From positions 1,048 through 65,047 of the forward strand of contig JAUZRP010000012.1 of assembly GCA_030950395.1 (NCBI GenBank): 64,000 nucleotides of DNA. The letters run 5' to 3'. Below the pieces are notes generated by a model. The model was not told where the DNA came from. It saw nothing but the letters and a program-made list of their open reading frames with translations, and ran no database searches. Numbering within the stretch: position 1 is the stretch's first letter; every line of letters begins with the position of its first letter. Position numbers and translations under genes: made by a program. Below, piece by piece: positions 40,654 to 47,825 of the stretch. Source of the DNA: Desulfonauticus sp. Lineage in GTDB: Bacteria > Desulfobacterota > Desulfovibrionia > Desulfovibrionales > Desulfonatronovibrionaceae.

Positions 40654-41412
40654 GTGTTTTTACTCAGCAAATCTTTTCAAAAAGACGTGAAACAAATACT
40701 AAAACAAACAACTAGTCTAAAAAATATTATTTTTAATATTGATAATTCTTATAATCGTAAATATTATCCTACTAAAAGAAAAATTGACAAAGCAAAAAGA
40801 ATTGTACACGAAGGTAAATCATTGTATGAATTCAAAAAAGCTGCTTATGAAGCAAAAGTTAAAGAATTTAAGTTATGCCTGGATGAATTAATTTTTTCTA
40901 TAGAGAAAATAATTTCTATAGAGAAAAACTACATAATTCAGATACAATCAGAATTTAATGTTCCAGTTGCTCCTAAAATTAGAGAAAGTTATTTGCTAAA
41001 AATATTAAAAATTATAGATAACACTTATACGATAAGAGGAAAAAATATTTTTTGTTTCTATATACAACCTTGGTTAACAATAGATATAATCACCAAATTT
41101 ATAGAAGAAATAGAAAGTTATAAAGCTTTGAAACAAGCTAAATCTTATAAAGAAGAAGTGTGGGTATGGGTAAAAAAAATAAATTCTATTATAAATGAAC
41201 TTGAGTTAAAAAAAAGAGATTTAAAGTTATTAACAAAGTCTGTAAATAAAATAATTAGTCTGGTTTTATCTGCCAAAAACAAAGAAATGGAAAATATTGT
41301 AAGGGAAAATTTTATTAAACCTCTTTTAACAGAACACCTTTTTACTAAAGAACTTAAATTAACTAACGCTAGTATAAAATTAATTAAACAAGTAGAAAAT
41401 TTTAACTTATAA
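40654..41412 (+). CDS. hypothetical Lys-rich protein (252 aa), no recognisable family
   Basis: Long ORF with RBS and GTG start. Very AT-rich. First gene after the sigma54-type promoter. Confidence 0.5.
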   Translation: MFLLSKSFQKDVKQILKQTTSLKNIIFNIDNSYNRKYYPTKRKIDKAKRIVHEGKSLYEFKKAAYEAKVKEFKLCLDELIFSIEKIISIEKNYIIQIQSEFNVPVAPKIRESYLLKILKIIDNTYTIRGKNIFCFYIQPWLTIDIITKFIEEIESYKALKQAKSYKEEVWVWVKKINSIINELELKKRDLKLLTKSVNKIISLVLSAKNKEMENIVRENFIKPLLTEHLFTKELKLTNASIKLIKQVENFNL

Positions 41413-41430
41413 CCAAAAAAGGAGCTAAAA

Positions 41431-41790
41431 ATGAAAAATGAATTGGTTAAATTAGTTAAAACAGAAAAATTACCCAAATCTTTTCCAACAAAAATTAGCT
41501 CTGTATCAAAAAATTTAAAACATAATGATATATCACTTAAAGGTAAAAATATATTACTTTATTTAAAGTATGTTATTAAATATATCGAACATACCAGAGA
41601 AATAAATAAACTCAAAAAAGAACACGATCAAAAAATGTTTCAGCTAAATATGGAAGCTGAAATACGTCATAAAGAGATTGATAAAAAATTTATTTTAAAA
41701 AATAAAATTCTAGATATAATAGAAAAAAATGTAGAAAATATCACTCCAGAAATGTTAGAACAGTATGTAAAAATTTACATAAATAGTTAA
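41431..41790 (+). CDS. hypothetical Lys/Glu-rich, probably helical protein (119 aa)
   Basis: RBS AAGGAG 8 nt upstream of the ATG and an 18-nt gap to the previous gene. No family recognised. Confidence 0.5.
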   Translation: MKNELVKLVKTEKLPKSFPTKISSVSKNLKHNDISLKGKNILLYLKYVIKYIEHTREINKLKKEHDQKMFQLNMEAEIRHKEIDKKFILKNKILDIIEKNVENITPEMLEQYVKIYINS

Positions 41791-41817
41791 AATAAAATCT
41801 GTATAGATAAAGAAAAA

Positions 41818-42129
41818 ATGATTACTATATTAACAGAAATAGTTACATCATTAATAGAAAAATTTGGACATGTAGTTATTTTAGAAATAATTTCTTTTCT
41901 ACTCTCTAAGAAAAAAGAGAAAACAGAACAATTATATAAAATTCAAGAATTTGAGAAGTTTATAGAATTACATGAACAAATCCTAAAAAAGCAATTTATA
42001 AACATAGAACTAAAAGAGAAGATGGCAAAACTTATAGAAAAAAAACTTCAGGAAACAATATCCACAAATGACACACTTACTTTTAAAAGTTTTTTAGAAA
42101 GCTATTATAAACTTTTAACTCAAACTTAA
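41818..42129 (+). CDS. hypothetical small protein (103 aa) with a hydrophobic/amphipathic N-terminus
   Basis: MITILTEIVTSLIEKFGHVVILEIISFLL followed by a charged helical tail. No family recognised. Confidence 0.45.
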   Translation: MITILTEIVTSLIEKFGHVVILEIISFLLSKKKEKTEQLYKIQEFEKFIELHEQILKKQFINIELKEKMAKLIEKKLQETISTNDTLTFKSFLESYYKLLTQT

Positions 42130-42144
42130 GTTAAGGATACAATT

Positions 42145-42978
42145 ATGCATCACAATAAATATTGGTACAAAGTTTTATTTCACAAGGCAGACTTAGATAC
42201 CGTACTCACGGCCAAACTGGCAAGTGTAACCTGCTGGCGATTTTTAACTTCTGTGCCCAAAGCCACAGAGTTTGACCTTTTAGATACTCAGGTCCTATGC
42301 ATAGAAGTTGGTGGTTCTGGACAGGTTAGCCTACACAACTTTGACCATCACGATCCCTTTCACTACTTCCCTCCGGCTTGCAAGCAGGCTTACGACTACT
42401 TTGGGTGGGAAGATAAAAAATGGGAAAAAATAGTTCATTACGTCTGTTTAGTAGATGAGGGTAATCCGGTGGACGTAAACTTTCCTTCTTTATCCAACAT
42501 ATTTTCTGGTATGTGCTTGCTAATAGACGATCCAATAGAGCAGTTTTTAACTGGCCTATCTATTATTGATACAGTGTATGTCAAAGGCTTTGATCCCTTT
42601 CAAGCCCTTCCAGAATTACCAGAATGGAAACACTTTATTTTGGCCAAAGAACAAAACTTAGCTCAATTGCAACAAGACAGTAAAAATATCGTAACATTTT
42701 ACACAAAAACTAATATTTTTTGTGGATTTCTTGAGTCAAATGCGGTAGGAGGGTTTAAAATACTCTATGACAAGGGCTGTGAAGTAGGTGTGTTGTATAG
42801 TCCAAGACAAAACAAGTACACTATCGGCTCTAAACATCTAAATTTAACTAAACTTTTACAACAATTTCAATCTATTGAAGATGGTTGGGGTGGGAGACAA
42901 AACATTTTTGGTTCTCCTTATAGAGGCACTAAATTAACTCCAGCTGAAGTAATCAAGATAATTAAGGAAACGTTATGA
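42145..42978 (+). CDS. compact DHH/DHHA1-like phosphoesterase (NrnA/NrN-like) candidate
   Basis: Motif order resembles the DHH family: FHKADLDTVLTA (H-x3-D-x-D), NFDHHDP (DHH), VCLVDEGN, and C-terminal DGWGGRQNIFGSP (GGGH-like DHHA1 motif). Confidence 0.55.
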   Translation: MHHNKYWYKVLFHKADLDTVLTAKLASVTCWRFLTSVPKATEFDLLDTQVLCIEVGGSGQVSLHNFDHHDPFHYFPPACKQAYDYFGWEDKKWEKIVHYVCLVDEGNPVDVNFPSLSNIFSGMCLLIDDPIEQFLTGLSIIDTVYVKGFDPFQALPELPEWKHFILAKEQNLAQLQQDSKNIVTFYTKTNIFCGFLESNAVGGFKILYDKGCEVGVLYSPRQNKYTIGSKHLNLTKLLQQFQSIEDGWGGRQNIFGSPYRGTKLTPAEVIKIIKETL

Positions 42979-44471
42979 AAAAAAGAGTGTTAATCTCTTA
43001 CACAGGCAATCAAGATCCTCTAAACAAACAGGGGAAAGAGGGTCCTATTCTAACTCTTATAAAAGGGAAAAGATATGAATTTGAAGAAGTATATCTTTTA
43101 TATACCCGTTCAAAGGACAGTAGAAACGATCATCTCGAAACTGCAAAGGCTACCAAAGAAGCTATAAACAAAATCCATCCTCAAATAGAAGTTCACCTCT
43201 TGCCCATAAATACAGATGACCCTTCAGACCACATACTCATTTATAAGTTAACTCAAAAGGCTTTATCTGAAATAAAAACTCGTCTAAATGAAAAAAATAC
43301 ACGTATATTTATCAACATTTCTTCTGGCACCCCTCAAATGCACATAGCTTTTTTTCTATTAGTGGCTAGCCGGTACATTGCAGCCACTATGTTGTACCAG
43401 ACTCCACCTCAATTTGGCGGACAGATAAGAGAAATAATTCCTTGGTGTGAAGATATGCCTTCTATTTTGCCTTCTATTCCCAGAGGAAAACCAGAGTCCA
43501 CCAACATCCCTCTGGAAAATCTTTGTCAGGAAATAGGTCTAAAGGGAAAAAGTCCTGTTTTTTTGAACGCTCTTTTACACGTCCAAAAGTATGCTCCTTA
43601 TGATTTACCTGTAATTATTTTAGGAGAAAGTGGAACAGGCAAGGACCTATTTGCAAGATTAATTCACCTCACCAGTCCCAGGAAAGACAAAAGATTTCTT
43701 GCTTTTAACTGTGCGGCTATCCCAGAAAATTTGGCAGAAAGTGAGCTTTTTGGTTACAAAAAAGGCGCTTTTACAGGAGCTAGCATAGATAGAGATGGTC
43801 TATTTAAACAAGCAGACAGGGGAACTATATTTCTAGACGAGATTGGGGACCTATCTCTAAACTTACAGGCCAAGCTTTTGCGAGTGCTGGAAAATGGAGA
43901 AATTTTACCTATTGGAGCTAAGTGTGTAGAAAACGTTGACGTAAGGGTTATCGCTGCTACTCACAAAAACCTGGAAGATATGGTTAGTCAAGGCAAGTTT
44001 CGAGAAGATCTTTATTATAGGATAAATATTTTAAAAATAGATCTACCACCTCTAAGAGATAGAAAAGAAGACATTCCCGAAATATCCAAACACATTCTAC
44101 AAGAGTTTTGCGAACAAAATCAAATTAAAAAAACCTTTTCTGACCGGGCCCTATCTGCTCTTATGGCCTACCACTGGCCAGGTAACATACGAGAATTAAA
44201 AACGTTTGTGTGGAGAGCCGCTATTGAAGCTGAAGGAGAAGTTATAGATTATAAAGACTTGCAACTCTCTTATTCTTCAGAAAACAACCTCCTTAAAGAA
44301 CTACCTGCAACACCTTATGAAGGTTTTCAGTTAAACGAAGTTTTAGATAGATTAAGGATGTATTACTACAAAACAGCGTTAAAAAAAGCAGGGGGAAATA
44401 AGAGCAAGGCCGCAAGGCTGCTGGGAGTAAGTCCTCAAGCAATCTCTAAAATTTTCAAAAAGGAGGAGTAA
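42975..44471 (+). CDS. RtcR-like regulator: N-terminal CARF-like domain + sigma54-interaction AAA+ domain + Fis-type HTH
   Basis: VLISYTGNQDP...INISSGTPQMHIAFFLL (CARF-like). AAA+ core: GESGTGKD, YKKGAFTGA, IFLDEIGDL, FREDLYYRINI, HWPGNIRELK. C-terminal HTH: KSKAARLLGVSPQAISKIF. Confidence 0.85.
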   Translation: MKKRVLISYTGNQDPLNKQGKEGPILTLIKGKRYEFEEVYLLYTRSKDSRNDHLETAKATKEAINKIHPQIEVHLLPINTDDPSDHILIYKLTQKALSEIKTRLNEKNTRIFINISSGTPQMHIAFFLLVASRYIAATMLYQTPPQFGGQIREIIPWCEDMPSILPSIPRGKPESTNIPLENLCQEIGLKGKSPVFLNALLHVQKYAPYDLPVIILGESGTGKDLFARLIHLTSPRKDKRFLAFNCAAIPENLAESELFGYKKGAFTGASIDRDGLFKQADRGTIFLDEIGDLSLNLQAKLLRVLENGEILPIGAKCVENVDVRVIAATHKNLEDMVSQGKFREDLYYRINILKIDLPPLRDRKEDIPEISKHILQEFCEQNQIKKTFSDRALSALMAYHWPGNIRELKTFVWRAAIEAEGEVIDYKDLQLSYSSENNLLKELPATPYEGFQLNEVLDRLRMYYYKTALKKAGGNKSKAARLLGVSPQAISKIFKKEE

Positions 44472-45982
44472 TGGGGTATTATTTTAGTTTGCAATATTCA
44501 GGTATTCAAAAAACTGTTTTTAGGTACAATAGACTGTGGTCTATTGCAGGCATAAGCCAGATATTATCCCACTTAAATGAGCTGGAGATGGTAAGTATTG
44601 CTCAAAACCACGGGGGCAGTGTGGTAGTTGCTGGAGGTGGTAAGTTTACAGCTCGCTTTCCTGAAAGAGAAAAAGCTCTTTTAGCCAAAGAAGAGATCAT
44701 AAAAGTACTTTCTATCACACTCCCCATGCTAGAATTTCAATCCAGTCCTGTATTAGAAGGGAACTCGTTCCAAGAGATAAAATACGGCTACAGTGCAGAG
44801 AATACAGTTGTGCCTGGCATACTGGATTACTTAAACGAAGCCAAAAAATCTTATAGAGGATTTGGCTATTCTTTTAATCCCCACCTTAAGCTCTGCGACG
44901 AGTGTAGTGAATATCCTGCAGAGCACAAAGACAAAGAAGAAAAATTATGTAGGATTTGTTTTTGGGCCAAAAAAAATGCAAAACTAAACTACTCTCGCCA
45001 ATTTAGCTCTGATTGCACCACCTTAGAAAAGATTTATTTTAACTTTTTGGCTGACTTTGATCAAGAAGTGCAGGTTCCTTTAAACCTAGAAGATATATTT
45101 CCAGAAGGCCAGGAAAAGAAAAGGATTGCGGTGTGGGTCTCAGATTTGAACAACATGAATCAAAAAGTCCCCATTTGGTTAAATCAAAAAGAAGACGAAA
45201 TAAAAGCAACTTTTGACAAAGTAACTCAGATAAACGTGGACATTATCACTCAGGCCCTAAAAGATACCTTTCAAAACATTGTGGTTCAAAGAGAAGATAG
45301 CTATTTTATTCCTTTTCGCCTCATCGTGGCAGGAGGAGACGACCTATGCATTGTAATGGATGCCAAGTACGTGCTTAAATTTGCCACTAATCTCCATTAT
45401 GCTTTAAAAAACAAAATTGCTCAGTTAGATAAAGGACATCCTCTCCATCCTCAGTGGTTACAAGCACGTTCTAAAGACAACGGGAAGCTGGGACAATACT
45501 GTTTTGGAGCAAGCTTTGTAATTACAGACTTACATACAGCCTTTATAGACGTCCATAGATTAGCTGAAGACTTAATGAGGGAAGCCAAAGAAAACACAGA
45601 AAGAAAAGACAATTCTATAAATTGGCAAATCCTTTCTACAGATTTTTCTCCTGCAGAAAGTCTCCTCAACTTTCACAAGCCGTTGTTTTTTGAATCCCAG
45701 GATGAACAACCTGGTTTTTGTGATTATTATAAGTTATGTCAAAAATATCACACCCTATCGTCTTCAAAAATTTTTCAATTAGCAGACATACTGATGGAAC
45801 ATTTTGCTACAGGTGCAGACCTAAAAAAACAGATCCTTTCTTTACCTCAGATCTGGAAAAAGGGGCACGTATTAAGAAAACTTTTGCAAGAAAAAATTTT
45901 ACAAGATAACAACCACAATTTTCATCCCCAAAGATTAGCTAGTCTTTTAGAACTACTAACCCTCTATAAGGAGGCCAAATAA
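44471..45982 (+). CDS. cas10: minimal Cas10 (503 aa) lacking an HD domain, with an intact cyclase Palm (GGDD)
   Basis: Starts directly at the Cas10 Palm1 signature (LQYSGIQKTVF, VVAGGGKFTARF). Zn knuckle CDEC...CRIC. Palm2 VWVSDLNNMN and RLIVAGGDDLCIVMD, then FGASFVITDLH...LMREAK. Confidence 0.8.
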   Translation: MGYYFSLQYSGIQKTVFRYNRLWSIAGISQILSHLNELEMVSIAQNHGGSVVVAGGGKFTARFPEREKALLAKEEIIKVLSITLPMLEFQSSPVLEGNSFQEIKYGYSAENTVVPGILDYLNEAKKSYRGFGYSFNPHLKLCDECSEYPAEHKDKEEKLCRICFWAKKNAKLNYSRQFSSDCTTLEKIYFNFLADFDQEVQVPLNLEDIFPEGQEKKRIAVWVSDLNNMNQKVPIWLNQKEDEIKATFDKVTQINVDIITQALKDTFQNIVVQREDSYFIPFRLIVAGGDDLCIVMDAKYVLKFATNLHYALKNKIAQLDKGHPLHPQWLQARSKDNGKLGQYCFGASFVITDLHTAFIDVHRLAEDLMREAKENTERKDNSINWQILSTDFSPAESLLNFHKPLFFESQDEQPGFCDYYKLCQKYHTLSSSKIFQLADILMEHFATGADLKKQILSLPQIWKKGHVLRKLLQEKILQDNNHNFHPQRLASLLELLTLYKEAK

Positions 45983-45983
45983 A

Positions 45984-47825
45984 ATGTACTTTTCTAAAGG
46001 AAAACTAAAGGTAAAAGCCAGAGGTTACTGGTTTACCCTTGGAGGAGAAAAAGGTTCTTTTGGCTATTACCCCCACCTCAAAGATAAAGACAACTTGCCC
46101 ATATATCCCGATACTCAACTCAAAGGGAATATCAGAGATGGGCTAGAATGGTACTTAAAACTGCAAGGAACATCTTTACCCCAAGAAATAGTTTCTCATA
46201 TTTTTGTAACAGATTTACGCTTGTCTAACCCTGCTCTCTGGCAAAGAGATAGATTTCAAGTCAAGCCAAGAATTGCTATTGACGACACGAGCCACACCGT
46301 TCAGGAGCATAATCTAGCCTTTATGGAACTGGCTTATTTAGACGGTTTAGAACTAGAAGCAGACGTTTATTTAGGTTATATTTCAGACCAAAGCCAGCAT
46401 CAACAACTAAAAAATTGGCTGAAAAAAAGTGTTCAGCTTATGCCTGACATGGGAAGTTTTCGTTCACGGGGAATGGGCAAAGGAGATTATAAACTCCAGT
46501 GGCTAGAAGACAAAACCATCTCGCCCACTCTAGAAGATATAGAAGTGGAAGCCAAACCTTTATTGTATTGTCTAAAAAACCTAACCAATTTTAGAAACAA
46601 ACCTATAGAACCAGATAGTTACAATTATGTTCCAACTCTCCGCTATATTACTGCCCATCAATTAAGGTCGTGGTTTATCAAAACTTATTACCAAATTTTT
46701 CACGAATGGCCAGACATTACAGAGCTGGCCAAAATTAACTTTCCCTATCTCTATCCTTGTGAGGTGAATAAAGACCAATTTTATCTGGCTTATCCTGCAG
46801 CCATGACCAGTTTTATAGAGCACTCAAACAAAGGACCACAAATAATAGATTTTTTATCTCATCCCCAAAAAAATCCAATCCACGATCACCCCGCCATTAC
46901 TAGAGTCAAAAGAAAAGCAATCCCTGATCACATTTATGTTGCACCAGGTGAGCAACCTAAAGTTGTAGAAATTTCTATTGGCAAACGGATCAGAAATAGT
47001 TTGAACGATAAATTTTCGTCTTTAGAGGAAAAAGGACTTTTTGTGCAAGAATTTATCCCGGCCAACACTATGTTTGGAGGAATTATCTCGTTTTCTAAAC
47101 CGCTAGAAAAATGTTTTGGGCAAAGGTTTCAATATATCCTTTGCAACATAACACCCACATTAAAAGGAAGCTTATTTGCACCTTACCTACAAATTTACAA
47201 CGACCATACCCAAAAAAATAGCCAGCATCATCTGGTAATAGCCCCTATACCTTACAGGCCCTTGCAATCCCAATCATCAAGATGGATAGTGCAAGAAATA
47301 GAAGGCAGAAAAAAGGTCATTCAGGACAGAGTTTCTTTAATAAAAATTGGCACTAACAGAAGTTATAACGTTTACTTAAAAAGACCTAAAAGACCACGCA
47401 TAGTTATTCAACAAGGCTCTGTATTGCTCGAAGAAATTAATGGCCAGACAATACCCTGGAGAGGTTTGTCTAAGAGCGTGCTTCTGTCTAAGTCCTCTAC
47501 TCTGGAAACCAAAAATTCAAACGCCCAACCAGATGCTAAAGCAGTTGATCTGGCCCAAAAACTCTATCAAGAACTTAGTGCATCTCATCTTGGATTTTTG
47601 AGAAACTTTTTAAACAAAAAAATACCCCTACCCACCCTAAAAGACATCTCCCTGGATAGGCAAGACAAGTACACCAGAAAAGGGAAGACCAACCTTAGTT
47701 TACTTTACGCGCATCTTGCCTCATTAATAGACAAAGATAACTCAGGAGAAAGTTTGAGAAAGTTCGTAGAGGATTTAGTGGCAGAAATAAGAAGCCTAAA
47801 ATGGCAAAAGGAGTATAAACAATGA
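45984..47825 (+). CDS. multidomain RAMP protein (Cas5/Csx10-like and/or Cas7-like N-terminal modules, helical Cas11-like C-terminus)
   Basis: RAMP motif LPIYPDTQLKGNIRDGLEW and G-rich loop MGSFRSRGMGKGDY. A second RAMP-like LRYITAHQLRSWF. The last ~110 aa look all-helical. Domain identities are inferred. Confidence 0.55.
   Translation: MYFSKGKLKVKARGYWFTLGGEKGSFGYYPHLKDKDNLPIYPDTQLKGNIRDGLEWYLKLQGTSLPQEIVSHIFVTDLRLSNPALWQRDRFQVKPRIAIDDTSHTVQEHNLAFMELAYLDGLELEADVYLGYISDQSQHQQLKNWLKKSVQLMPDMGSFRSRGMGKGDYKLQWLEDKTISPTLEDIEVEAKPLLYCLKNLTNFRNKPIEPDSYNYVPTLRYITAHQLRSWFIKTYYQIFHEWPDITELAKINFPYLYPCEVNKDQFYLAYPAAMTSFIEHSNKGPQIIDFLSHPQKNPIHDHPAITRVKRKAIPDHIYVAPGEQPKVVEISIGKRIRNSLNDKFSSLEEKGLFVQEFIPANTMFGGIISFSKPLEKCFGQRFQYILCNITPTLKGSLFAPYLQIYNDHTQKNSQHHLVIAPIPYRPLQSQSSRWIVQEIEGRKKVIQDRVSLIKIGTNRSYNVYLKRPKRPRIVIQQGSVLLEEINGQTIPWRGLSKSVLLSKSSTLETKNSNAQPDAKAVDLAQKLYQELSASHLGFLRNFLNKKIPLPTLKDISLDRQDKYTRKGKTNLSLLYAHLASLIDKDNSGESLRKFVEDLVAEIRSLKWQKEYKQ

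Noticed and set aside
40654-42129. One of the three ORFans being a CorA-like membrane effector (considered because a DHH/NrN-like gene is adjacent).
   Set aside because: None has the size, the two C-terminal TM helices or a GMN-like motif expected of CorA. Only the third has a short hydrophobic N-terminus.
44471-45982. Search for an HD nuclease domain in or just upstream of Cas10.
   Set aside because: The protein starts at the Palm1 SGIQ motif. The preceding ORF is the sigma54 activator, which ends with an HTH. No H-x-x-...-HD-type motif block was found in any frame between them (1-nt overlap).
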